Origin: Candidatus Micrarchaeota archaeon
GTDB taxonomy: Archaea; Micrarchaeota; Micrarchaeia; Micrarchaeales; CABMGC01
Direction: 5' to 3'
Assembly: GCA_027366155.1 (NCBI GenBank)
Contig: DAHXKV010000024.1
Span: forward strand, 1-36,802
Length of the DNA: 36,802 bases
This document shows positions 16,360 to 24,040 of the stretch, in pieces. Position numbers and translations under genes: made by a program. Position 1 is the first letter of the stretch. Every line of letters starts with the position of its first letter. Under the pieces are notes generated by a model. It was not told the DNA's origin. It was given only the letters and a program-made list of their open reading frames with translations, and did no database searches.

Positions 16360-16632
16360 TTATCCTTGTTTATGCTTTGGGAGCTGCGCTGCAAATTCCT
16401 TCATCTCGGCTTGCACCTCGTCGAGAGCCTTAAGTACCGCTGCCTTCGGCTTCCCTGCCTTAATAACAAGCCTTGGCATCCCTATCTCAGGATGTTCCTT
16501 AACGACGCTTGCGAATTCCACATCCTTGTTGAGAAGCAGTCTGTCCTTTATCACGTCGGCAACGCCGCGATCCGCTCCCCTGAATTCGAGTATCATGCTT
16601 TTCGGTTCATCCTCTATTATCTCAAGCTCCAT
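16360..16632 (-). CDS. rpoL: DNA-directed RNA polymerase subunit Rpo11 (RpoL)
   Basis: The 90-aa product MELEIIEDEPKSMILEFRGADRGVADVIKDRLLLNKDVEFASVVKEHPEIGMPRLVIK matches the RpoL pattern (E..GEDHT..N.L...L....V.FA.Y..EHP). Confidence 0.8.
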   Translation of the reverse strand: MELEIIEDEPKSMILEFRGADRGVADVIKDRLLLNKDVEFASVVKEHPEIGMPRLVIKAGKPKAAVLKALDEVQAEMKEFAAQLPKHKQG

Positions 16633-16650
16633 CTAACCAACACTGTACTT

Positions 16651-16678
16651 ACATTTATGCAGAATAAATTATTATAAG
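16651..16678 (-). promoter_or_regulatory. AT-rich promoter region upstream of rpoL
   Basis: On the minus strand, CTTATAATAATTTAT (16664-16678) and GCATAAATGT (16651-16660) lie 20-45 nt upstream of ATG 16632. Confidence 0.3.
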
Positions 16679-16715
16679 TTGGCATTAGGCATATCCCTGT
16701 GGAAGCATTTGCCTC

Positions 16716-16979
16716 TCATTCAACTGTCACTACGTGGTCGCTGCTCTCTCCATGGACGTATTTAGGCCCTCGCAGCCCTGCCGCTATCGCCGCTACCACT
16801 GCCATTATTGCCCCGAGTATGAACGCCACGCGCAATCCGCTAGCCACTGGGCTGGATATGATCTCCGGGAAAAAATGCACGCCTGTTATGACTGAGCTGT
16901 TTGCCTGAGGTATACCCGAAAGCACGCTCTGCGGTATCATAGTCTTCATTGGGTTGTATCCTAGGAAGGCCGCAAAAAA
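16716..16979 (-). pseudogene. Displaced C-terminal segment of the same MFS transporter (other reading frame)
   Basis: The frame of ORF 16716..17018 reads FFAAFLGYNPMKTMIPQSVLSGIPQANSSVITGVHFFPEIISSPVASGLRVAFILGAIMAVVAAIAAGLRGPKYVHGE. This is the typical DHA2 C-terminus and last TM helix. The switch point is the A6 run at 16974-16979. Confidence 0.7.
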
Positions 16980-18549
16980 GCGCAGCGGTAGGCGGCAGTT
17001 TCGATATAGACAATGCAACCGAAGGGCTTACCTGTTGCCCTACGAGGCCTTGGTAAAGAGAAGCCGGAAGCGTGGTGCTAAGACCGAAGACAAGCAGGGT
17101 GAAGAACGAGACAAGGCTGAACATGAATGCAACCTGGTATATCGTACCTATAGTGCCTGAGACAGAACCCCTTTGCTCAGGAGGCACTGCATTCATTATC
17201 GAGGTTATGTTAGGGGAGGAAAATACTCCGCCTCCAGCTCCCAGGAAGAATATTATCAGTGCGAATTCAACATAGCCGAAGTCTACCGGAAGCAGCGCCA
17301 GTGCGACAAACCCGATGGCAGTCATTGCCATTCCTAGCGTCGCAAGCAGCCGGGAACCCATTCTGTCGGATAATTTTCCAGATATCGGGCCGAAGACAAG
17401 GAAGCCCAGTATGAGCGGAACCATATCAAGTCCCGCGGTAAGCGGCGTATTCTCGAAGCTCACCCCATGAAGCGGAAGCCAGACTCCCTGGAGCCATATT
17501 ATGAGGACGAACTGTAGCCCTCCTCTTGTCATGCTTGCGAGGAACTGGCTTATTATTCCAGCGCTGAATGCCCTTATCTTGAAAAGCTTCAGGTCAAACA
17601 TCGGGTCCTTTGCCCTGCCTTCCACATACGCAAAGGCTGCCAGCAGGAGCACTCCCACGACCAATCCGGCATCGACGAACGGGCTAGACCAGCCCATGCT
17701 GCTGCTACCATACGGGAGCAGGGCGTAAGTAAGCGAAAGCAGAAGGACAACAAGCGCAGCGCCAAATGTCATGTTCCCGAGAATATCAAATTTCTGCTCC
17801 TTCCTTATCGAGGCGACCTCCTTCAGCATCATGTAAGCCCAGACGGTGCCAAAGATGCCTATCGGCACATTTATCAGGAAAATGAGGTGCCAGTCTACGA
17901 CTGCAAGGACGCCTCCTAAGATAAGCCCTATCAGGCTGCCTCCAATGAACCCTATCTGGTTTATCCCGGTGGCCATTCCCCTCTCATTGTGCGGGAAGGC
18001 GTCTATTATTATCGCGGTGCTGTTTGCAAGCAAGAATGCACCGCCTATGCCCTGGAAGATCCTAAGTATAATCATGGAGATGGCTCCCGCTGCACCAACG
18101 ATAAATACAGAGGAGAGATAAAGCAGGAATGAGGCTATCGAGAAGAGAAGGAAGCCAGCGTTGTAAAGCCGCACCCTCCCAAACATGTCGGAAAGCCTCC
18201 CTATCGTGACTGTTCCGGCAGCCATTATTATTGTATACCCAAGCAATAGCCAGATGAGCAGGCTGATGTTCGCAGGGACGAGAGGGTTAACGCCAAGTCC
18301 GTTGAATATGGCCGGCAGCGCTATTAGAAGTATGCTCATGTCCAGCCCGACCATTACCGCGCCAAGAGTCGTGTTTGAGAGGGCTATCCATTTGTAATGC
18401 GGGCCATACTTGCTCTCGCGCTCCTGTTCCTTCTTGTCGTATCTGCTGTAGCCGGGCTTCACTCCCATTTCTTCTTCATTGTCCTTCATCTCAGCATCCT
18501 CTTTATTACAGTATGTATTACCAGTGAACCCGGCAAAATCGGGTTTCAT
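16840..18549 (-). CDS. MFS transporter, DHA2/EmrB-like (14-TMS type), reading frame broken near the 3' end
   Basis: There are many TM helices. MFS motifs are present: GRLSDMFGRVRLYNAGFLLF and the loop LSDRMGSRLLATLG. After LPPTAALF the frame yields a non-membrane tail (CGLPRIQPNEDYD...). The expected family continuation is found in another frame (next feature). ATG 18489 is an alternative start. Confidence 0.85.
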   Translation of the reverse strand: MKPDFAGFTGNTYCNKEDAEMKDNEEEMGVKPGYSRYDKKEQERESKYGPHYKWIALSNTTLGAVMVGLDMSILLIALPAIFNGLGVNPLVPANISLLIWLLLGYTIIMAAGTVTIGRLSDMFGRVRLYNAGFLLFSIASFLLYLSSVFIVGAAGAISMIILRIFQGIGGAFLLANSTAIIIDAFPHNERGMATGINQIGFIGGSLIGLILGGVLAVVDWHLIFLINVPIGIFGTVWAYMMLKEVASIRKEQKFDILGNMTFGAALVVLLLSLTYALLPYGSSSMGWSSPFVDAGLVVGVLLLAAFAYVEGRAKDPMFDLKLFKIRAFSAGIISQFLASMTRGGLQFVLIIWLQGVWLPLHGVSFENTPLTAGLDMVPLILGFLVFGPISGKLSDRMGSRLLATLGMAMTAIGFVALALLPVDFGYVEFALIIFFLGAGGGVFSSPNITSIMNAVPPEQRGSVSGTIGTIYQVAFMFSLVSFFTLLVFGLSTTLPASLYQGLVGQQVSPSVALSISKLPPTAALFCGLPRIQPNEDYDTAERAFGYTSGKQLSHNRRAFFPGDHIQPSG

Positions 18550-18670
18550 GCACGCATAAAACCAAAATCCGGTAAGCCCAGGTTAATCATTACCAAATCT
18601 GTAAGTATACGCATGAAAACAATAAAAAGGGCGCTGTCGTTTATCCTGATAACTCCGACCCGTGATAATC

Positions 18671-18680
18671 TTTTTATATA
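18671..18680 (+). promoter_or_regulatory. TATA-like box (TTTTTATATA) upstream of 18728..19171
   Basis: It lies ~50 nt upstream of ATG 18728. A GGTGA Shine-Dalgarno-like element at 18719-18723 sits in the implied short leader. Confidence 0.3.
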
Positions 18681-18727
18681 CAGTGCACAGGCAAGATATC
18701 ATTACCTAAAAAAGGAACGGTGAGCAC

Positions 18728-19171
18728 ATGGTTCGTTATGCCGAAATAGCAAGGGCCCGAGAAGGGCTAATAGTCATGCTCGGGAAGGCACCACTGTCCG
18801 ATGCGCTGAGGGCAGTTGGGCAGGCAAAAGGAGAGCTCCTTCCAATACTCAAAACCTTGCGAATGCTGCAGGACGTAGATCATCGCCGCAAGATAACCGG
18901 GCTCGTTGGTGTTTCCCTCTGGACAGACAGCGGAGGCATAAGCGAAGGCAAGTATCTGATAACGCCTGGCTGCGAAATTATCCCTGTCCAAAATGGGGAG
19001 TGGAAAGGCGTAGGCATTACTGGGCGCCTGAGGGCCGGAAGCATTGGAGATTCACCGTCAGTAATGCTCGACGTTCCAGGAACTCTTGGGGCTGTGTTAT
19101 TTAACCATATGACTCTCAGTGCGGTAGACCCGGAGGAGAAGCTGAATGCGCTTGCCCTTCTGCGCAGGTAA
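18728..19171 (+). CDS. Hypothetical protein (147 aa)
   Basis: It has an ATG start with a GGTGA element 5 nt upstream. No known motif was recognised. It shows weak similarity to the next gene. Confidence 0.55.
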   Translation: MVRYAEIARAREGLIVMLGKAPLSDALRAVGQAKGELLPILKTLRMLQDVDHRRKITGLVGVSLWTDSGGISEGKYLITPGCEIIPVQNGEWKGVGITGRLRAGSIGDSPSVMLDVPGTLGAVLFNHMTLSAVDPEEKLNALALLRR

Positions 19172-19300
19172 CTAAAACCTTTGCATGCTCTTCCTTCTGT
19201 GCCAACCATGCATATCCAGAAGATGTTGCAGTTATGCTCTCCCGAGAAGCTGCCGCTGCAAAGATTTAAGTATGACAATTGCCATATGTTCTGATGTTTT

Positions 19301-19921
19301 ATGATGGCAACAACCCTAAGGCAGCCGCGCGAAGTATCAATGTACCAATTTACGAAGGTAGGAAAGAGCGAAGTCTTTATGGCAACGGCCCAAGCAGACC
19401 TTGGGACTTCGATGCGCATGCTTAACAATAGTGGGCTCAAGCCTCTTACATTAAGGGAAGTCATAGTACTGACCTCGATACATCCTGAACTAATGAAAGA
19501 AGTTGGCGGTAGGCGGTTCTATCTTAGTGGCAAAGGCACCGAGCGCTCAGGCTTCTACACCTTCAATGAGACGGGTGAATTGTCCGAAGGCGCAGGAGAC
19601 AGAAATAAGACTATCCATGTCAATGGAGGTCCGTTAGGCCTATTGCTATATGCCCACGATCTTGCTGCTATTCATGAAAACAGAACATTCAGCCTCAACG
19701 CACACTGTGGCCCATATTTGGTTGCAGACATCGTAGTGGGGGTAAAGACAGACTACAAACTCCCAATACACAAAAGCACGGCCAAGCAGGAGATCATAAG
19801 CCGGGAGTTAATCGCCGCGTTCAGGGATGTCGTTGAACTCCTCGACTCGTCAAGAGCGCTGAACCCTAAAATAGCCGATATCTCAAAGAAGGTACTCAAG
19901 GCAATAGAGCGTATTGATTGA
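19301..19921 (+). CDS. Hypothetical protein (206 aa)
   Basis: The ATGATG start is preceded ~33 nt upstream by AGATTTAAGTATG. No known motif was recognised. Confidence 0.55.
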   Translation: MMATTLRQPREVSMYQFTKVGKSEVFMATAQADLGTSMRMLNNSGLKPLTLREVIVLTSIHPELMKEVGGRRFYLSGKGTERSGFYTFNETGELSEGAGDRNKTIHVNGGPLGLLLYAHDLAAIHENRTFSLNAHCGPYLVADIVVGVKTDYKLPIHKSTAKQEIISRELIAAFRDVVELLDSSRALNPKIADISKKVLKAIERID

Positions 19922-19979
19922 CCTGCCTGCAGGCTCTGCCTGTGCCGAGGTACCTGACTTCAGGCATGCTTGGTGCATC

Positions 19980-20007
19980 TTTAAATACTTAACCCCCAAA
20001 TAAATAC
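19980..20007 (+). promoter_or_regulatory. Promoter region of the rps19e ribosomal cluster (two TATA-like elements)
   Basis: TTTAAATA (19980-19987) and AAATAAATAC (19998-20007) lie 44 and 25 nt upstream of ATG 20028. GGTGG lies immediately upstream of the start. Confidence 0.3.
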
Positions 20008-20027
20008 TGTTCATATCCTTCGGTGGA

Positions 20028-20453
20028 ATGATGGCAAACATATTTGAAGTAGAGAGCAGCGAGCTGGTGAAGAAAGCAGCTGAGAAACTCCAGCAGGAGA
20101 GGCTGCCGAAGCCTGGTTACATTGATTACGTAAAGTCAGGCGCAGGAAAGGACAGGCCTCCGGAAAGCGAATCTTTTTGGTATGTACGCTGCGCATCCAT
20201 AATGAGACAGACGTACGTCAACGGGCCCATAGGCGTATCAAAGCTCAGGACAAGGTACGGCAACAGGAAGAGGCACATGGTCACGCACCCGCACCACAGG
20301 AGGGCAGGAGGCAGCATAATAAAGGACGCGTTCGATGTTCTTGAGAAGAATGGTTATATCAAGAAAACCAAGGAAGGAAGAATCATAACGGGAAAAGGCA
20401 AGTCCTTCCTCGACAAGATAGCAAACGAGATGCACAAGGGAAAAGGTGCTTAG
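20028..20453 (+). CDS. rps19e: 30S ribosomal protein eS19 (S19e)
   Basis: The sequence ...PKPGYIDYVKSGAGKDRPPESESFWYVRCASIMRQTYVNGPIGVSKLRTRYGNRKRHMVTHPHHRRAGGSIIKDAFDVLEKNGYI is a classic S19e sequence. Confidence 0.92.
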   Translation: MMANIFEVESSELVKKAAEKLQQERLPKPGYIDYVKSGAGKDRPPESESFWYVRCASIMRQTYVNGPIGVSKLRTRYGNRKRHMVTHPHHRRAGGSIIKDAFDVLEKNGYIKKTKEGRIITGKGKSFLDKIANEMHKGKGA

Positions 20454-20455
20454 AT

Positions 20456-20758
20456 TTGGCCTCCGAACCTGGGCATGAAGAACGCATGAGACGGGAGATG
20501 CAGAAAAGGCTGCAGGCCCTTCAGATAGAACAGCAGAAAAGGGAGTTTGCCAAGAAGTATCTTGAGAACGACGCATTCGAGAGGCTAATGAACGTGAGGA
20601 TTTCAAACCGCGAGCTGTACACGCAGCTGATAGACATAATAATCTCTCTGGCCCAATCTAGACGGATACAGGGCAAGATGAATGACGCACAGCTCAGGGA
20701 CCTGCTCACCAGGCTTACATACAAGCCTGAACCGAGCATAACATTTCAACACAAATAG
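20456..20758 (+). CDS. DNA-binding protein of the PDCD5/MTH1615 family (COG2118)
   Basis: The 100-aa protein contains QKRLQALQIEQQKREFAKKYLENDAFERLMNVRISNRELYTQLIDIIISLAQSRRIQGKMNDAQLRDLL. It sits in the conserved position between rps19e and rpl39e. The start is TTG 20456 or ATG 20486. Confidence 0.8.
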   Translation: MASEPGHEERMRREMQKRLQALQIEQQKREFAKKYLENDAFERLMNVRISNRELYTQLIDIIISLAQSRRIQGKMNDAQLRDLLTRLTYKPEPSITFQHK

Positions 20759-20766
20759 GTTTTCAG

Positions 20767-20925
20767 ATGGGAAAGAAAAGCTCTACGAAGAAGCGTATGC
20801 TTGGAAGCAAGCTAAAGCAGAACAGGCGCATTCCTGTGCTTGCGACGTTAAGGACCCACAGGAGGGTGCAGCAGAACAGGTTCCAGAGGAGTTGGAGGAA
20901 CAGGAAGCTCGGTATAAAAGCATGA
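20767..20925 (+). CDS. rpl39e: 50S ribosomal protein eL39 (L39e), 52 aa; not in the supplied ORF track
   Basis: Direct translation gives MGKKSSTKKRMLGSKLKQNRRIPVLATLRTHRRVQQNRFQRSWRNRKLGIKA, which is a typical L39e. Confidence 0.9.
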   Translation: MGKKSSTKKRMLGSKLKQNRRIPVLATLRTHRRVQQNRFQRSWRNRKLGIKA

Positions 20926-20934
20926 GTTGATAAC

Positions 20935-21411
20935 GTGGCAACGCAAACGACAAAGACTGTAAGGACGATAAAGCTCTCTAAGCGCCTGATTAGAACACAC
21001 AAGCCGCGGAGGATAGGCAACTCAATAAGGATGCTAAGGGAAGAGATAGCAAGGCATACGAAAACCGGAGTGGACAATGTAAAAATAGGCAGTGAGCTCA
21101 ACAGGTACCTGCTAAAAGGCGCAATGGGCTCGTTTGCCGGAATCAAGATAGCAATCGAAAAGACTGGCGAGGCAGTCAAGGCTGATCTCTTTGAGAAGAG
21201 GAAGAAGCCCACGCCGCAACAGCATGCCGCGTCTTCGGGCAAACCTGCCTCAAATGAAAAGGTCGCTACAGAAAAGGCAGCAGCGGCAAAGGAAGGCGTA
21301 TCAAAGCCGCACGCGCAGCATCCTGCAGGAAGTAAACCTGCCGCGGAGAGCCGCAAGCCCCCTGAAAACTCAAAAAATACGGGGCAGGACGGCTCCGGCG
21401 TGAAGGTCTGA
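20935..21411 (+). CDS. rpl31e: 50S ribosomal protein eL31 (L31e) with a ~70-aa low-complexity C-terminal extension
   Basis: The start is GTG. The core TVRTIKLSKRLIRTHKPRRIGNSIRMLREEIARHTKTGVDNVKIGSELNRYLLKG matches L31e. The tail is rich in K, A, P and S. The stop overlaps the eif6 start (TGATG). Confidence 0.85.
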   Translation: MATQTTKTVRTIKLSKRLIRTHKPRRIGNSIRMLREEIARHTKTGVDNVKIGSELNRYLLKGAMGSFAGIKIAIEKTGEAVKADLFEKRKKPTPQQHAASSGKPASNEKVATEKAAAAKEGVSKPHAQHPAGSKPAAESRKPPENSKNTGQDGSGVKV

Positions 21412-22082
21412 TGATGAGCATTTCGAAGGCAAATCTCTTCGGAAACGAATACATGGGTGCGTTCTGCGCCACCAACGACTCCCTGACCCTAGTGGGTGGG
21501 AGCCCAAAAGGCAGCGGCGAGGCAATCATAGAAAAGGCACTGGGCACAAGGCTCGTAGAGACAATGCTCGGTGGATCAGACCTCATAGGAATATATGCCG
21601 TAATGAACTCGCGCGCCATTCTTGTGCCTGAAATGTCGTACTCTTCTGAGCTTTCGCGCCTCAGGGAGAAGCTCGGAGACACTGAACTGGTAACCATAAC
21701 ATCAGACCTGAACGCACTGGGCAATAATATACTGGCAAACGACAAGGTTGCGGTAATAAACCCGAGATATACGCAGAGCGAAGCGCTTGAGATAGGCTCC
21801 GCACTCGGCGTCGAAGTGGTAAAAATGTCCATAGGCGGATTTGAGACCGTCGGCGCAAATAACATTGCAACAAACAAGGGCGTGGTGCTGAACAACAGGG
21901 TCTCTGAGGATGAGGAGGAGATGGCCAAGGAGCTCTTCGGAAATACTTCTCAGTCAACAGCCAACACAGGCTCCCTATCAATACGCCTCAGCGCAATTGC
22001 AAATTCCAACGGGATAGTTGCGGGCAGCGCAACGACCGGGTACGAATTAGAAAACATGGCGAAAGGCCTGCGCATTGATTAA
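21411..22082 (+). CDS. eif6: Translation initiation factor 6 (aIF6)
   Basis: The 223-aa product contains NLFGNEYMGAFCATNDSLTLV, GSDLIGIYAVMNSRAILVP, ALGNNILANDKVAVINP and GANNIATNKGVVLNN. This is the pentein repeat pattern of eIF6. Confidence 0.9.
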   Translation: MMSISKANLFGNEYMGAFCATNDSLTLVGGSPKGSGEAIIEKALGTRLVETMLGGSDLIGIYAVMNSRAILVPEMSYSSELSRLREKLGDTELVTITSDLNALGNNILANDKVAVINPRYTQSEALEIGSALGVEVVKMSIGGFETVGANNIATNKGVVLNNRVSEDEEEMAKELFGNTSQSTANTGSLSIRLSAIANSNGIVAGSATTGYELENMAKGLRID

Positions 22083-22135
22083 CCTAAAGGGAAGACTCTT
22101 TTCTAGCTGCGGCATTCTCCTAAGAACCCAGCAGG

Positions 22136-22144
22136 TTTATAAAA
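22136..22144 (+). promoter_or_regulatory. TATA box (TTTATAAAA) upstream of pfdA
   Basis: It is centred ~31 nt upstream of ATG 22171, which fits leaderless or near-leaderless geometry. Confidence 0.4.
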
Positions 22145-22170
22145 TGAAACGGAGAAGTTGTACTGGTTGA

Positions 22171-22602
22171 ATGGCTCAAGAGGATCAGCATACACGCGAA
22201 GAGGAAATTGCGCAGATGCGCTACCTGCAGACCGTATACTCGCAGCAATACGAAATAATACTTGCAGAGCTCGATACCTTTGCTGCAGCCATAGGCTCGC
22301 TCCAAAGGAGTATAGAGACACTAAGCAGCGCAGGCAGGCTCGCCAACTCAAAGGCCCTGCTAAACCTGGAAGGCGGTGCCTACACTGAGGTAAGCGTCGG
22401 AAGCGCAGACCACATACTGCTTTACGTGGGTGGCGGCTACCTTGTAGAGAAGAACAGAGACGAGGCGGTTTCCTACCTCAAGTCAACTCTTGAAAAGCAA
22501 GAATCCTCAATGAAAAAACTCTCATCGGAGAAGCAGAAGCTTGAATCTGCTGCGCTTGATGTCTCCTACAGGCTGAATCTCCTAACCCAGTCTACCAGGT
22601 AA
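22171..22602 (+). CDS. pfdA: Prefoldin alpha subunit
   Basis: The 143-aa coiled-coil protein has a central beta-hairpin region (LLNLEGGAYTEVSVGSADHILLYVGGGYLVEKNRDEAVSYL). Its position before ftsY is conserved. Confidence 0.85.
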   Translation: MAQEDQHTREEEIAQMRYLQTVYSQQYEIILAELDTFAAAIGSLQRSIETLSSAGRLANSKALLNLEGGAYTEVSVGSADHILLYVGGGYLVEKNRDEAVSYLKSTLEKQESSMKKLSSEKQKLESAALDVSYRLNLLTQSTR

Positions 22603-22617
22603 TGGAAAGGTGCTTCT

Positions 22618-24015
22618 GTGTTTGAGGGCCTGAAGAAAAAATTCTCAACATTCATTGGCACACTATCTGGAAAGGAGCAGGAAAAGATAGAGGAAGAATC
22701 AATCTCAGAATCAAAGGAAAAAATAAGGGAAATAAAGGACGCCGGAAATGAAAAGGAGGAGGTCAAGACGGCTCCCATCCTGACTGCCCCCTCGGAACCA
22801 AATCTAACCAAGGCGCCAGCACGAATCGAGGATACAAGGAAAGAGGCAAACACTGGCCGGAAAGCAGAGAAACCAAGGCCTGCTGCACCGGAGCCAGATG
22901 CAAAGCCCGTCCCGGAGCATCTTCCGGCACCCGTGCATGCTACACGGCCTCAGGGCCTCCCTTCTGAAAAGCCCCATCCTGCAAACCGATACGGGCCTGA
23001 CACAACAGAAGAGACAAAGCCTGTAACTCCTCCCCCACCGCCTTCTCTTCCACGAGGAAAGCCCCCCTCAGAAGCCACGCACGCATCCGCCGGAAGCCCG
23101 GCACAGCCGAAGGTGACATTCGGGACAAGGCTTAAGGGCATTTTTACAAGCGAGATAAAGATAAGCGAGAAGGACGCCGACCCGTTTCTTGAGACATTGC
23201 GTCTCTCGCTTCTAGAATCCGATGTAAATTATGCCGCATCGGAAAAGATAATATCCGAAATCAGGAAAGAGCTGCTAAGCAGCACGATAAACTCAAGGGG
23301 ACTGGAGCGTGAGATAGCAGCAATAATACGCAACGCAATAGCCAGGACACTTGACAAAGGGACGGGAAAGAGCCTGCCCGAGTCAATACGTGAATTTCCG
23401 GCCATCGGCACTCCATTCACTATACTGTTCATAGGACCCAACGGCGCAGGCAAAACGACCACAATAGCCAAGGTAGCAAACCTACTCCTTAAAAGCGGAA
23501 TCTCGTGCATAATCTCCGCAAGCGACACGTTCAGGGCCGCCGCAATAGAGCAGACAGTCTTTCATGCGCAGAAGCTCGGAATAGAGGTTGTCAAGGGCAA
23601 ATATGGGGCAGATCCGGCAAGCATAGCCTTCGACGCAGTCGCACATGCGAAGGCCGAAGGAATAAACGTGGTGCTGATAGACAGCGCCGGGCGCCAGGAA
23701 ACCAACAAGAACCTAATGGAAGAGATGAAAAAGATGGTGAGGGTCGCAAAGCCAAACATGAAGATATTCATAGGGGAGGCGATAACGGGCAACTCGCTTC
23801 TGGAACAGGTACGGCAGTTCAACGAGGCAATCGGAATAGACGGTGTGATAATAACCAAGCTTGATGCCGACGCGAAAGGCGGAAATACTCTCTCCATACT
23901 CAGCGAAACCGACGTCCCGATTCTCTACTTCGGCACAGGCGAGGGCTACGACGACCTGATGAAATACGATCCCGCATTCATGGCCGAAAGCCTGATTCCC
24001 GGAACCCCTAACTGA
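22618..24015 (+). CDS. ftsY: Signal recognition particle receptor FtsY with a long acidic/Pro-rich N-terminal region
   Basis: The GTG start has AAAGGTG 7 nt upstream. The SRP-GTPase motifs are present: GPNGAGKTTTIAKVA, DTFRAAAIEQ, DSAGR and TKLDADAKGG. Confidence 0.92.
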   Translation: MFEGLKKKFSTFIGTLSGKEQEKIEEESISESKEKIREIKDAGNEKEEVKTAPILTAPSEPNLTKAPARIEDTRKEANTGRKAEKPRPAAPEPDAKPVPEHLPAPVHATRPQGLPSEKPHPANRYGPDTTEETKPVTPPPPPSLPRGKPPSEATHASAGSPAQPKVTFGTRLKGIFTSEIKISEKDADPFLETLRLSLLESDVNYAASEKIISEIRKELLSSTINSRGLEREIAAIIRNAIARTLDKGTGKSLPESIREFPAIGTPFTILFIGPNGAGKTTTIAKVANLLLKSGISCIISASDTFRAAAIEQTVFHAQKLGIEVVKGKYGADPASIAFDAVAHAKAEGINVVLIDSAGRQETNKNLMEEMKKMVRVAKPNMKIFIGEAITGNSLLEQVRQFNEAIGIDGVIITKLDADAKGGNTLSILSETDVPILYFGTGEGYDDLMKYDPAFMAESLIPGTPN

Positions 24016-24040
24016 TGCGGCCTGTGCCGGAACGTGAAAC

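Noticed and set aside
18880-19464. 194-aa minus-strand ORF spanning the gap between the two orphan genes
   Set aside because: It overlaps both plus-strand ORFs, which have better start contexts (a TATA-like box and an SD-like element). The evidence is weak either way, so it is not called.
21191-21403. 70-aa extremely basic alternative-frame ORF inside the eL31 tail
   Set aside because: It is probably a by-product of the purine-rich K/A/P-coding sequence. It has no independent start context, and the in-frame tail ends in a neat TGATG junction with eif6. It is kept only as a caveat.
20763-21928. Long minus-strand ORFs (20763..21356 and 21266..21928) opposite the ribosomal cluster
   Set aside because: They are antisense to eL39, eL31 and aIF6, which are unambiguous. 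Their low-complexity sequences mirror the sense-strand composition.
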